A stretch of DNA of 64,000 nucleotides from a bacterium (GTDB lineage: Bacteria; SAR324; XYD2-FULL-50-16; G965216635). The notes below the pieces were generated by a model that did no database searches, was not told the origin of the DNA, and saw only the letters and a list, made by a program, of their open reading frames with translations. Numbering within the stretch: position 1 is the stretch's first letter; each line of letters begins with the position of its first letter. Where the stretch lies: positions 768,001-832,000 of the forward strand of contig OZ244188.1 of NCBI GenBank assembly GCA_965216635.1. The letters are read 5' to 3'. A program made the position numbers and the translations under genes. Below, piece after piece: positions 19,067 through 29,441 of the stretch.

Positions 19067-20272
19067 ATGGAAAACCAAAAAGTAGTTTGCGTGTTATACG
19101 ATGATCCAGTAACTGGATATCCGCCTAAATACGCAAGAGATGATGTTCCAAAATTAAGCCATTATCCCGGTGGACAAACAGTCCCTAGCCCAGAAGGTAG
19201 AGATTTTAATCCCGGAGATTTATTAGGCTGTGTTTCCGGTGAATTAGGTTTGAGAAAATTTCTTGAAAGCAACGGACACAAATTAGTTGTAACTTCTAAT
19301 AAAGATGGAGAAAATTCTACTCTTGATAAAGAAATAATAGATGCAAATATTGTGATTTCTCAACCCTTTTGGCCTGCTTATATTACCCGAGAAAGAATAG
19401 AAAAATCGCCCAACTTAAAAATGGCAATAACTGCTGGAATCGGTTCTGATCATGTAGATTTGGACGCAGCAATGGAGCACGGACTTACTGTTTGCGAAGT
19501 TACCTATAGCAACAGCATTAGCGTATCCGAGCATGTAGTAATGATGATTTTAGGGTTGGTAAGAAACTATATTCCCTCCCATCACTGGATTCTTAAAGGA
19601 GGTTGGAATATTGCAGATTGTGTAGCTCGTTCTTATGATGTAGAAGGTATGCATATAGGTAGTGTTGCGGCTGGTAGAATTGGTTTAGCAGTTTTAAAAA
19701 GAATGAAACCTTTTGACACCCATCTTCATTATTTCGATAGACATAGACTGTCTGCTGAGGTGGAGCAAGAATACGGTTTAACTTACCACGAAAATTTAGA
19801 AGATATGCTGAAAGTCTGCGACGTGGTCACTATCAACTGCCCGTTGCATTCTGAAACTATGGATTTATTCAACGCTGATTTGATAGCTAAAATGAAGAGA
19901 GGTGCTTATCTTGTCAATACAGCAAGAGGTAAAATCTGCAACCGCCAAGCAATAGCTGATGCTCTAGAAAGCGGACAATTAGCAGGTTATGCTGGAGATG
20001 TTTGGTTTCCACAACCGGCTCCTAAAGATCATGTTTGGAGAACTATGCCTAATCACGGTATGACTCCACACACTTCGGGAACTTCACTTTCTGCTCAGGC
20101 TCGTTATACCGACGGAGTAAGAGAAATCCTAGAATGTTGGTTTGCAGGCAAACCTATTCGCAATGAATATCTCATTGTGGAAGGAGGACAATTAGCAGGT
20201 GCAGGTGCACACGCCTACAGTAAAGGAGACTCTACTGGAGGAGCTGACGAAGCTGCTAAATTTAAAAGTTAG
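19067..20272 (+). CDS. fdh: NAD-dependent formate dehydrogenase (metal-independent)
   Basis: LLGCVSGELGLR, SQPFWPAY, AGIGSDHVD, AAGRIG, NTARG, GDVWFPQP, MTPHTSG. Confidence 0.97.
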   Translation: MENQKVVCVLYDDPVTGYPPKYARDDVPKLSHYPGGQTVPSPEGRDFNPGDLLGCVSGELGLRKFLESNGHKLVVTSNKDGENSTLDKEIIDANIVISQPFWPAYITRERIEKSPNLKMAITAGIGSDHVDLDAAMEHGLTVCEVTYSNSISVSEHVVMMILGLVRNYIPSHHWILKGGWNIADCVARSYDVEGMHIGSVAAGRIGLAVLKRMKPFDTHLHYFDRHRLSAEVEQEYGLTYHENLEDMLKVCDVVTINCPLHSETMDLFNADLIAKMKRGAYLVNTARGKICNRQAIADALESGQLAGYAGDVWFPQPAPKDHVWRTMPNHGMTPHTSGTSLSAQARYTDGVREILECWFAGKPIRNEYLIVEGGQLAGAGAHAYSKGDSTGGADEAAKFKS

Positions 20273-20301
20273 TTTTTACTGATTTTTTAAGTTAGCTTGA
20301 T

Positions 20302-20346
20302 AGAGGCAATCCCACTTTGTTGTTTTTGGGGTTGCCTTTTTCTTTT
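20302..20346 (+). terminator. Intrinsic terminator after fdh
   Basis: aggcaatccca / tggggttgcct stem followed by a T-rich tract. Confidence 0.7.
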
Positions 20347-20431
20347 AAATTTTTTTTTAAAAATCTAAAGATAACGCAAATTCTCTTTTTATTCCTATTG
20401 ACATGGTATTTTTTTTATGAGTTAATTAAAT

Positions 20432-20585
20432 AGACTTTTGAATTTGCTTATCTAGTTTAGCCTATGCATCGTTGAAAATTTTTTTTAACTCTTGCCATTT
20501 GTGAAGAAATGCTCTTCAGTATTCCAGCGAGCTAAAAAAAATTTTTGCCTTGCCTAGCCGTCACATAACGCAAATTCAAAGGTCT
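20432..20585. mobile_element. MITE-like element, first copy of a tandem pair
   Basis: Same TIRs and core (cttgccatttgtgaagaaatgctcttcagtattccagcgagct) as 6584-6765. Confidence 0.85.
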
Positions 20586-20592
20586 CTTAAAT

Positions 20593-20745
20593 AGACTTTT
20601 GAATTTGCTTATCTAGTTTAGCCTATACAGCGTTGAAAAATTTTTTTAACTCTTGCCATTTGTGAAGAAAGGCTCTTCAGTATTCCAGCGAGCTAAAAAA
20701 ATTTTCGCCTTGGCTAGCCGTCGCATAATGCAAATTCAAAAATCT
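20593..20745. mobile_element. MITE-like element, second copy of the tandem pair
   Basis: Near-identical direct repeat of 20432-20585. Confidence 0.85.
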
Positions 20746-20776
20746 ATTTATTAATTAAAACTAAACCTAAGAGGTA

Positions 20777-21751
20777 ATGATGAAAAATTCGATATTAAAG
20801 CGGATTGTTGTTGCTACGGCAATAATTTCTGCTTTGTTTTTTAGTATAAATCCATTGATGGCTCAATATCCGGATCGTCCGGTAAGTCTTTCTGTGGTTT
20901 ATAGTCCTGGTGGTGCTACTGATTTTCAAGCACGGATTGTAACTATGGTCGCAGCAAATAAAGAATATTTGGGGCAACCAATAGTCATTTTAAACCGTCC
21001 AGGTGCTGGTGGAAGGACAGGTTGGAATCACTTTGCTAGTAAAGCTAAAACTAACGGCTATGAATTGGCATCTTACAATGTGCCTCACTTCATCGCACAG
21101 TCTATTAAGTTCAAAACAAAGTACAATATCAATAATCTGGAACCTATTGCGAATTGGGGTGCAGACCCTGCGGTATTGATAGTGGGAAAAAAGAGTAAAT
21201 TTAAAAATGTTAAAGCTCTAGTCAAATACGCAAAGAAAAATCCGGGTAAGGTTACTGTTTCTGGTGCAGGTTTGTATGTTGGGCATCATATTGCTTTTTT
21301 GCAAATTCAAAAAGCAACAGGTGTGAAACTAACCTATGTTCCTCACAAAGGAGGTGCTCCAGCATTGAAATCTGTGATTGGCGGGCAAGTAATGGCGGGC
21401 GTGAATAATTTATCCGATGCCTATAGAAGCCGTGATAATTTAAAAATTATAGCGATTGCGGATCTTCAACGGAATAAGGAATTTTTACCCAACGTGCCTA
21501 CTTTCAAGGAGCAGGGCTACGATGTGGATGATTCCAGTGTGAATTTTCGCGGTATTATGGTGCGTAAAGGAACTCCGCAAGCAGTTATTGATAGATTAGC
21601 GGCTGCTTTTCCAAAAATGTTTGCTAACTCTCGTGTTAAAAAGCAGATGAAAAATGGAGGCTCTCCTATTCGTATTATGAACCGTGATGAAGTGCGTGAA
21701 ATGTGGAATAAACGACAGGTTTTTTTAAAAGAGTTGTTAAAAGACCTGTAG
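20777..21751 (+). CDS. tctC: Tripartite tricarboxylate transporter substrate-binding protein
   Basis: Signal peptide, YPDRPV, PGGATD, NRPGAGG, VPHKGGAPA, VPTFKEQG. Confidence 0.93.
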   Translation: MMKNSILKRIVVATAIISALFFSINPLMAQYPDRPVSLSVVYSPGGATDFQARIVTMVAANKEYLGQPIVILNRPGAGGRTGWNHFASKAKTNGYELASYNVPHFIAQSIKFKTKYNINNLEPIANWGADPAVLIVGKKSKFKNVKALVKYAKKNPGKVTVSGAGLYVGHHIAFLQIQKATGVKLTYVPHKGGAPALKSVIGGQVMAGVNNLSDAYRSRDNLKIIAIADLQRNKEFLPNVPTFKEQGYDVDDSSVNFRGIMVRKGTPQAVIDRLAAAFPKMFANSRVKKQMKNGGSPIRIMNRDEVREMWNKRQVFLKELLKDL

Positions 21752-21755
21752 TATT

Positions 21756-21801
21756 GAGATTTGTTGAATTAGGCTTCCTATAAAGCCTAATTCAATGGTC
21801 T
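21756..21801. repeat. Short hairpin with ends resembling the 57408 element; may act as a terminator after tctC
   Basis: ttgaattaggctt / aagcctaattcaa perfect inverted repeat. Confidence 0.65.
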
Positions 21802-21826
21802 ATAGTATAGTTGCATTAAATTAGAT

Positions 21827-21937
21827 AGACCTTTGAATTTGCATTCTATTTAGCCAAAGCAAGCCATTCTATACAGGCTTTCGCAAAAAGCCACTGGTAT
21901 GACCATTTGGCTAAGCATACCGCAAATTCAAAGGTCT
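21827..21937. mobile_element. MITE-like element, short copy with a different interior
   Basis: AGACCTTTGAATTTGC ... GCAAATTCAAAGGTCT. Confidence 0.8.
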
Positions 21938-21953
21938 ATTAGATTTTATTTAA

Positions 21954-23441
21954 ATGGAATTTATCCAGTATTTTGGAAATGTTTTTGAGCCCTACAATTT
22001 TGCTATACTTATACTAGGCACAATTGGAGGATTGCTACTGGGAGCTACCCCTGGTTTAAGTCCTACGATGACTGTCGCCTTACTCATTCCTTTTACTTTT
22101 CATATGAGCTCGGTGAGTGGATTGATTCTACTCGGAGCTGCCTACACTTCTACTGTCGCAGGTGGTGCTGTCAGTGCCATTCTACTAAAAATACCAGGTG
22201 CTCCTGCAAATATAGCCACTGCTTTAGACGGACACGAAATGGCAAAACAAAACAAGGCGACCAAAGCCTTACATTTTTGTTTTATTAGCTCTGGCGTCGG
22301 TGGAATTTTAGGAGTTTTTGTTTTGATTTTCTTCACTCCAGTTTTAGCAAGAGTAGCTTTAGATTTTGGTCCTAGCCAATTATTTTGGGTTGCTATTTTA
22401 GGAGTCACTGTGATTGCTACATTGGATTCTTCTTCTACAATCAAAGGGCTTTTATCGGGAGCTTTAGGTCTTTGGTTATCCACCATAGGTTACGATGCAA
22501 TTCAAGGCGTAGAGAGGTTCACTTTTTCCGAACACCTAGAAGGAGGAATCCATATTATCCCCGCCTTGATAGGTTTGTTTGCTATTCCACAAATTATGGA
22601 AATGATTAGCACAGGATTAAAACAAATCAACATCAACATTCTTAAAACCGAAAAACAATCTGTACTACAATCTGTTAAGCAATGTCTTTGTCGCACCAAA
22701 TTTTTAGGAATTGGTAGCATTATTGGAATTATTATCGGACTGATACCGGGAGCAGGGGGACAGATAGCAGGCTTAGTTTCTTGGGATCAAGCTAGAAAAA
22801 TGAGTAAAGACAAAGAATCATTTGGTAAAGGCAACCCCGATGGTTTAATTGCAGCAGAATCTGCAAATAACGCTATGGTAGGTCCTTCGCTAGTGCCTTT
22901 ACTTACTCTGAGTGTTCCAGGTAGTCCTACAGCTGCGGTTTTACTCGGAGGCTTACTGATTCACGGTATTTTTCCGGGACCCAATCTATTCAATGATTAC
23001 CCCGAAGTATCTTGGACTTTTATAGATTCTTTACTTATTGGACAAATTTTAATGGTGGTTTTTGGTATTCTTTTAAGTGGTGTTGCAGCAAAAGTATTAA
23101 AAGTTCCCAAACACTACCTTGCTCCTGCTATTATGGTTTTAGCAATTTTTGGAACCTATAGCGTTCAGCATTCCTATTCTGATGTTTTGGTTATGCTAGG
23201 GCTTGGCATAGGAATGTGGTTGCTAGAGCATGTTGGTTTGCGAAGTGCTCCTTTGGTTTTAGGATTAGTTTTAGGACCTATTGCTGAATCCAATTTCGTT
23301 CAAGGAGCCATTATTGCACAAGCAAGCGATGGTTTGCTTCGCTATTTTTTCACAGGCTCTCTTAATATTTTAATGATTGGTTTGTCTCTATTATCTATTG
23401 TTTATAGCGTTTTTAGCTACCTCAAACAAAAAAAACAATGA
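21954..23441 (+). CDS. tctA: Tripartite tricarboxylate transporter permease
   Basis: GATPGLS, IPGAPANIATALDG, AAESANNA, PGSPTAAVLLG. Confidence 0.95.
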   Translation: MEFIQYFGNVFEPYNFAILILGTIGGLLLGATPGLSPTMTVALLIPFTFHMSSVSGLILLGAAYTSTVAGGAVSAILLKIPGAPANIATALDGHEMAKQNKATKALHFCFISSGVGGILGVFVLIFFTPVLARVALDFGPSQLFWVAILGVTVIATLDSSSTIKGLLSGALGLWLSTIGYDAIQGVERFTFSEHLEGGIHIIPALIGLFAIPQIMEMISTGLKQININILKTEKQSVLQSVKQCLCRTKFLGIGSIIGIIIGLIPGAGGQIAGLVSWDQARKMSKDKESFGKGNPDGLIAAESANNAMVGPSLVPLLTLSVPGSPTAAVLLGGLLIHGIFPGPNLFNDYPEVSWTFIDSLLIGQILMVVFGILLSGVAAKVLKVPKHYLAPAIMVLAIFGTYSVQHSYSDVLVMLGLGIGMWLLEHVGLRSAPLVLGLVLGPIAESNFVQGAIIAQASDGLLRYFFTGSLNILMIGLSLLSIVYSVFSYLKQKKQ

Positions 23442-23908
23442 AAGAAAATTTTTCAATCCCTTCACAATTTTTTAGTGCAATTCTCCTGATTATTACAGCT
23501 ACGGTTAGTTATGCTAGCTTTTCTGGAGAAGGTGCTCCTTACCTTTTTCCTCGCCTACTTTCTATTATTTTAATTGTGACAACGATTGTAGATTTTGTGG
23601 CAGGTTTTAAAAAAAGCAAACAGAAAAAACAGATTTCATTGGAAGCAGTAAAACAATTTCTACCTGGATTTATTCTCATACTGCTTTATGTTTTTCTAGC
23701 AGAATTAATTGGATTTTATCTTTCTAGTCTATTATTTTTAATATTCATTATCTTCGTCTACAGGAAACCTTGGCAAAAAAGAGCAGATACAAACAGAATA
23801 AAACAAGCAATTTTTGATGTTTTATTTTCTATTCTTTTCATAGTCTTTATGTATCTACTATTCAACTTAGTCCTAAAAGTCCAAGCACCCCGCGGAATTT
23901 TTCTCTAA
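23438..23908 (+). CDS. tctB: Tripartite tricarboxylate transporter small subunit
   Basis: LFPR, IGFY, terminal LKVQAPRG; overlaps the tctA stop. Confidence 0.85.
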   Translation: MKENFSIPSQFFSAILLIITATVSYASFSGEGAPYLFPRLLSIILIVTTIVDFVAGFKKSKQKKQISLEAVKQFLPGFILILLYVFLAELIGFYLSSLLFLIFIIFVYRKPWQKRADTNRIKQAIFDVLFSILFIVFMYLLFNLVLKVQAPRGIFL

Positions 23909-23912
23909 TACA

Positions 23913-25313
23913 ATGGAAACCGCAAATTCAATTCCTGCTTTAGTTCAAAAAGCTCGTCTAGCACAAGAAACTATTCAATCCTATACACAAGCAGAATTAG
24001 ACAAGCTCACTCACGCAGTAGCTTGGGCTGTGATGCAACCTGAAAGAAATAGCCTGTTGTCTAAAATGGCGGTAGAAGAGACTGGACTAGGTAAAGTAGA
24101 AGATAAAATCACAAAAAACTACCGTAAAACATTGGGACTTTTGCGTGATTTATCTAAAAAAAAAACTGTGGGTATTATTCACAAAATTCCAGAGTTAGGA
24201 CTCACCGAACTAGCAAGACCCATTGGAGTGATTGCTGCTTTAGTTCCTTCTACAAATCCTATAGCTACTCCAATCAATAAAATCATCAATGCTCTCAAAT
24301 GTGGCAATGCTATTATTGTTTCTCCTTCGCCTAAAGGAGCCAAAGTATTCCAAAAATTGTTAGAATTTATTACCGAAGAATTAAAAAAAATCAAAGCTCC
24401 ACTAGATTTGATTCAAGCTATGCCCTTGCCTCCTTCCAAAGTAGATACTGCTGAATTAATGAAACTTGTAGATTTAGTGCTAGTGACGGGCTCGCAAAAT
24501 AATGTGCGAGCAGCCTATTCCAGCGGGACACCAGCTATAGGGGTAGGCACTGGCAATGTCACCACCATTGTAGATAGCAGTGCCGATATTTTTGAGACAG
24601 CCCACAAAATTTGTATGTCCAAGTCATTTGACAACGCTACTTCTTGTTCTTCAGAAAATAATGTTGTTTGTTTAGCAGAGGTTTATGATCTTTTTCAAGA
24701 TGCTTTAAAAAAAGAAGGGGGGAAAATTTTGAATGAGGCAGAAAAACAAAAACTCTTGCAATGCCTTTGGCAAGATGGAAAACTCAATTCAAAACTTATC
24801 GCTAAAGATGCTCTATTTATTGCAAAACAATGCGGCATAGAAACAGAAGAAAAAACTCTTTTTTTGGTTGCAGAATGCACAGATACAAACCTTGCTACAA
24901 GCGAGCAAAATCTTTTAACTCGCGAGCGTATGTCTCCTGTGCTGACTCTTTTTAGAGTGGCTGATTTTTTACTAGCCAAACGCCTAGCCAGATCTCTTTT
25001 ACAAAATCAAGGTGCTGGGCATTCACTAGGTATTCACACAAAAAAAGATTCTCAAATTTTAGAATTGGCTCAAGAGATGCCAAGCTGTAGAGTGATTGTG
25101 AATCAAGCACACTGTTTTGCTACTGGTGGTGCTTTCAATAATGGATTGCCTTTTTCGCTTTCTATGGGTTGCGGGAGTTGGGGCAAAAATTCTATTAGTG
25201 AAAATCTAAACTACCGTCACTATATGAATATCACCCGAATTTCCCAAGAAATTCCTGCAAATGAGCCAACAATGGAATCTATTTTGGGAGACTATATTCA
25301 AAGGTATGGGTAA
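23913..25313 (+). CDS. sauS: Acylating sulfoacetaldehyde dehydrogenase
   Basis: DKITKNYRKTLGLLRDL, PSTNP, SKSFDNATSCSSEN, FNNGLPFSLSMGCGSWG; adjacent CoA ligase. Confidence 0.82.
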   Translation: METANSIPALVQKARLAQETIQSYTQAELDKLTHAVAWAVMQPERNSLLSKMAVEETGLGKVEDKITKNYRKTLGLLRDLSKKKTVGIIHKIPELGLTELARPIGVIAALVPSTNPIATPINKIINALKCGNAIIVSPSPKGAKVFQKLLEFITEELKKIKAPLDLIQAMPLPPSKVDTAELMKLVDLVLVTGSQNNVRAAYSSGTPAIGVGTGNVTTIVDSSADIFETAHKICMSKSFDNATSCSSENNVVCLAEVYDLFQDALKKEGGKILNEAEKQKLLQCLWQDGKLNSKLIAKDALFIAKQCGIETEEKTLFLVAECTDTNLATSEQNLLTRERMSPVLTLFRVADFLLAKRLARSLLQNQGAGHSLGIHTKKDSQILELAQEMPSCRVIVNQAHCFATGGAFNNGLPFSLSMGCGSWGKNSISENLNYRHYMNITRISQEIPANEPTMESILGDYIQRYG

Positions 25314-26895
25314 GCAAACTATTCGGCAAACTATCCGAAAAACTATTGCATACTGGGCAAAAAAAAAACCTCAAACAGTGGCTATCTGTTGTCCTGATAG
25401 TAGGTGCCAATACGACTATTTAACCTTAGATAATATTCTTCAAAAATATCATACTTTTTTTAATCATTTCAACATCAAGCCCAAATCTAAAAATGAAAAG
25501 GGAGATGTTTTTGTTGCTGCTTTTCCCAATAGCAAAGCACTTTTAGAATTAGTATTAGGAGCCTATTATAACCACCGCACCGTTACTGCTCTCAATCTAG
25601 TAGCTGGAAAAAAAAATATTTACTACATACTCCATCACTGCAAACCCAAAGCAATTTTTGCTAATCCAGAGCAAACCAAAAATTTAAAAGAAATTTTAGT
25701 AGATACTACTTTGAATTGCCCCATTATAGAACTCAATGAAAATTTTAGTCCGCTAGATTTTTTAGAAACCAAACAAAAAGACAGCCAAGAAAAAAAAGAA
25801 AATAATTTTGATAAAAATACTAGTCCAGAAGATATTGCCTTATTAATGTATACCAGTGGTACTACTGGCAATCCTAAAGGAGTAGCTTTAAGTCATAAAA
25901 ATCTGTTAGCTGGAGGAAGGAATACTACTTTAGCCCACGAACTGGCGACAGATGATGTAGGTTTGTGTGTTCTACCGCTTTATCATATCAACGCCCAGTG
26001 CGTTAGTCTTATGTCTAGTTTGGTGACAGGTTCTACTTTGGTTTTAATGAATCGCTTTAGTGTGCAAACATTTTTTCCCACTATAAAAAACAAAAAAATC
26101 ACTTGGGCTAGTGTTGTCCCTACGATGTTATCTTATCTTCTATCAGCGATGGAAAAAGAAAAATCTATTGCTTGGAAAAAATCTGATATTCAAAGTTTAA
26201 AATTTATTCGTTCCGCCTCTGCGCCTTTGCCTGTAGAAATTCACCAATCTTTTGAAAAATTGTTAAACATTCCCATCATTGAAACTATGGGAATTACCGA
26301 AACTTCAGCCCAAATTTTAGCAAACCCTAGACCTCCAAAAAATAGAAAAATCGGTAGCGTAGGTTTAGCCTTTGGCAATCAAGTGCAAATTGTGGATAAA
26401 AATAAAAAAACACTACCAGTCAAAAAAGAGGGAGAAATTTGTGTGCGTGGGGATAATGTAATGCAGGGTTATTATTTAAATGAGGTAGAAACCAAAAAAT
26501 CTATCCTAAAAGACGGATGGTTTTTGAGTGGAGATTTAGGTATAATGGATGAAGAGGGTTATGTTTTTGTATCAGGACGCAAAAAAGAACTTATTATAAA
26601 AGGAGGAGAAAATATTTCTCCTAGAGAATTGGACGAAATTCTTTATAGCCATTCTTCGGTTATTGAAGCCGCAGTTTTTGGAAGAAAAGATAAACACTAC
26701 GGACAGGTTGTAGAAGCTTGTATTGTAACAGAGCCCACCGTAAAAATCAGCGAAGCCGAGTTAATAAATCTATGCGTTCAACAGGCGGGAACATTCAAAA
26801 GCCCAGAAAAAATTCATTTTATGAAAGAACTCCCAAAAGGACCCTCGGGAAAGATTCAAAGACTTAAACTAGAGTCTTTACTTTACCCTGAATAA
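25306..26895 (+). CDS. sauT: Acyl-CoA ligase, likely sulfoacetate-CoA ligase
   Basis: YTSGTTGNPKG, RSASAPL, ETMGITET, IIKGGENI, PKGPSGKIQR; start moved to ATG 25306 overlapping the sauS end. Confidence 0.78.
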   Translation: MGKQTIRQTIRKTIAYWAKKKPQTVAICCPDSRCQYDYLTLDNILQKYHTFFNHFNIKPKSKNEKGDVFVAAFPNSKALLELVLGAYYNHRTVTALNLVAGKKNIYYILHHCKPKAIFANPEQTKNLKEILVDTTLNCPIIELNENFSPLDFLETKQKDSQEKKENNFDKNTSPEDIALLMYTSGTTGNPKGVALSHKNLLAGGRNTTLAHELATDDVGLCVLPLYHINAQCVSLMSSLVTGSTLVLMNRFSVQTFFPTIKNKKITWASVVPTMLSYLLSAMEKEKSIAWKKSDIQSLKFIRSASAPLPVEIHQSFEKLLNIPIIETMGITETSAQILANPRPPKNRKIGSVGLAFGNQVQIVDKNKKTLPVKKEGEICVRGDNVMQGYYLNEVETKKSILKDGWFLSGDLGIMDEEGYVFVSGRKKELIIKGGENISPRELDEILYSHSSVIEAAVFGRKDKHYGQVVEACIVTEPTVKISEAELINLCVQQAGTFKSPEKIHFMKELPKGPSGKIQRLKLESLLYPE

Positions 26896-26919
26896 AATCA
26901 ATTACTATAGCCCATCCCT

Positions 26920-26971
26920 ATTTCAAGCAATAAGCTTGTTTTGGCTAAACAGAATGCAAATTCAAAAATCT
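26920..26971. mobile_element. MITE right-end fragment
   Basis: agcaataagcttgttttggctaaacagaatgcaaattcaaaaatct. Confidence 0.7.
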
Positions 26972-26982
26972 ATAAAAGTTTC

Positions 26983-27156
26983 TCAAGATTTTTTATCTAA
27001 GGTTTCAATTCTTGTCTGATCTTCATCTTCTAAAGCAAGAGAGCAGAATTTTTGTGGATCGTCAAACTGTCCGCTAAGAATAGACCATAAAAACGCCACT
27101 AGCCCGCAAAACCCAAGTAGGATGGAAATCAGTATCATTAGAGGTAAAATTTTCAT
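26983..27156 (-). CDS. ccoS: cbb3 oxidase maturation protein CcoS (not in ORF track)
   Basis: Manual translation MKILPLMILISILLGFCGLVAFLWSILSGQFDDP...KKS*, 57 aa; TAATG coupling with ccoI. Confidence 0.9.
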   Translation of the reverse strand: MKILPLMILISILLGFCGLVAFLWSILSGQFDDPQKFCSLALEDEDQTRIETLDKKS

Positions 27157-29405
27157 TACTTTTCTTTATCTTGAGGGCTCTGAAAATGCAAAAATGAATT
27201 CCCCACCACTAACAATGAAGAAAGAGACATAGAAAGAGCGGCTACTAATGGAATGACTAAGCCTAGTATAGCAAGAGGAATAGCAATAAAATTATAGATA
27301 ATGGAAAGGATAATATTTTGACGGACAAGTTTTAAGGTAGAATTAGAAATTTTAAACAAAGATAATAAACAATTCAAATCTGGTGTTAAAAGAATAATAT
27401 CTGCAACTTTTAGTGTAGCATCTGTCCCAGAAGTTAAAGTAAGACCTAAATCTGCTTGCGCTAAAGCAGGGGCATCGTTCCAACCATCTCCAAGCATTAA
27501 AACCAATTTTCCTTTAGATTGCAGTCTCTGGATAAAATTTAATTTATTTTTTGGGCTTTGCTGAAACAAAACTTTATCTTCTGCTATGCCTAGTTGAGAG
27601 GCAAATTTTAAGGAAGGCTTTTTTCTATCTCCAGAACACATATAAATATCCATTCCTTTCTTTTTTAAGGTTGTGATTAACGACTCTGCTCCTTCTCTGA
27701 TAGAATCTTCTAAAAAATAAAGTGCAACAACTGTAGTATCTACTGCAAACAAAAAAACGCTTGCTTCTTTATGTTTCTGGATGATATTCTGCCATTTTTT
27801 AGTTATTTTCACCTTGTTTTCCAACATAAAATCCAAATTTCCTCCTAAAATTTTTTTTTTAACTTTATTTTTAGTTTGATAATAAGCTCGCAGTCCTTTA
27901 CCGATTACTTCTTTGGGAGAATCCAGTTTAACTTGGAGTATAGATTTATTTTTTTTTTCAAAGTAATTTTTTAAGGCACAAGATACTGGGTGAATAGAAT
28001 TACAAACTAGAGAATAAAAAGCTACTTTAGGAATTGAAAGCTCCGTTGTATGTAATTCTTGCGTAATTTTAGGTTTTCCTTGTGTCAATGAACCTGTTTT
28101 ATCAAAAACCACAGTATTAATTTTGCCTATTTTCTCAAAATTAAGTGCTGATTTAAAAATAGCCTTAGATTTTGCTATTTTTGCTAAGCCCACCTGAAAA
28201 GCGAGAGGGGTTGCTATAACTAAAGCGCAAGGGCAGGAAATAATAAATACGCTTAAAGCAATCAAAGTAGTTTGTTCTAAACTTTGTGATAATACAAAAT
28301 ACCAAACTAAAAAGGTGAATATAGAAATAAGTGCAATAATATTTGTAAAATGTCTGCCAAAAAAATCAATTTTTTCTTGAAAATTTGTCTTTTTCTGCAA
28401 GGCTTTTTCCAGCAATTTTAAAATTTTATTCATTGTAGATTCTTCACAACTTTGAGTGACCTTATAACAAAAAGCAGTTCCTTGATTATAACTTCCCGAA
28501 TAAAGATGGCTTTGTTTCTTTTTCATTACTGGTATGAATTCTCCTGTAATGGCAGATTCATCTAAACTCGCTTGTTCGTCTAATAAATAGCCATCAGCAG
28601 GCACTTTTTCTGCAGGCAACACTTCTAATTGCATTCCTTTTTGAATTTGATAAGCTGGAATTGTTTCTCTTTTGTTTTTTTTGATTAACCTACCAAATAA
28701 AGGAATATCCCAAGCTAAAAGACTAGAAATATCACTCATTTTTTTTAACGAGGTTTGTTCCAATAACTTACTACCTAAAATAAAAGTAATAAACATAGCC
28801 GAAGACTCAAAATAAGTAATTTTATTACCAAATAACAGATTATAAAGGCTATAAGCGAACATCAATAAAGCACTAAAAGCAATTTGAAAATCCATACCTA
28901 TTTTTATCCGTTTCAGGCTAACCCAAGAATTTCTAAAAAAAGGATAGCCACTATAAAGCAAAACAGGTAAAGTAAGTAGCATAGAAAAATATTGTAGCTG
29001 TCTTTCTAAATTAGGATTAATTTTTCCAAAATATCCTAACCACAAAGCAATAGAAATCAGCATAACGTTGGAAGTGCAAAAGGCTGCAACAATAAATCTC
29101 TGCAGTTGATGTTTCCATTCTAGCTGTATTTTTTGTTCTAGTTTAGAAGGATGATAAGGTATAGCTTGAAATCCATTTTTTTCAATGGCTGAAATGATGC
29201 TATCTAATTTTAAATTTTTATCACTCCACTGTATTGTTGCTTTTTTCTCAGAAAGATTAATGGATAAATCTTGGATGGCTGTGAAATTTTCTAAACAAGC
29301 TTCAATTTTGCGAACACAACCTAGGCAGTGTATTCCTTTGAGATAAAGTTGAGCCGATAATAAATTATTTTCTCGGTAGACATACTCTGCATAAAGGTTG
29401 GACAT
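27156..29405 (-). CDS. ccoI: P1B-type copper ATPase for cbb3 assembly
   Basis: CxxC, TGE, CPC, DKTGS, GDGWNDAPAL; located in the cco cluster. Confidence 0.92.
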   Translation of the reverse strand: MSNLYAEYVYRENNLLSAQLYLKGIHCLGCVRKIEACLENFTAIQDLSINLSEKKATIQWSDKNLKLDSIISAIEKNGFQAIPYHPSKLEQKIQLEWKHQLQRFIVAAFCTSNVMLISIALWLGYFGKINPNLERQLQYFSMLLTLPVLLYSGYPFFRNSWVSLKRIKIGMDFQIAFSALLMFAYSLYNLLFGNKITYFESSAMFITFILGSKLLEQTSLKKMSDISSLLAWDIPLFGRLIKKNKRETIPAYQIQKGMQLEVLPAEKVPADGYLLDEQASLDESAITGEFIPVMKKKQSHLYSGSYNQGTAFCYKVTQSCEESTMNKILKLLEKALQKKTNFQEKIDFFGRHFTNIIALISIFTFLVWYFVLSQSLEQTTLIALSVFIISCPCALVIATPLAFQVGLAKIAKSKAIFKSALNFEKIGKINTVVFDKTGSLTQGKPKITQELHTTELSIPKVAFYSLVCNSIHPVSCALKNYFEKKNKSILQVKLDSPKEVIGKGLRAYYQTKNKVKKKILGGNLDFMLENKVKITKKWQNIIQKHKEASVFLFAVDTTVVALYFLEDSIREGAESLITTLKKKGMDIYMCSGDRKKPSLKFASQLGIAEDKVLFQQSPKNKLNFIQRLQSKGKLVLMLGDGWNDAPALAQADLGLTLTSGTDATLKVADIILLTPDLNCLLSLFKISNSTLKLVRQNIILSIIYNFIAIPLAILGLVIPLVAALSMSLSSLLVVGNSFLHFQSPQDKEK

Positions 29406-29441
29406 TAGAGAGTTTGGGGAGCAAGCAAGAAGAATATAGCT

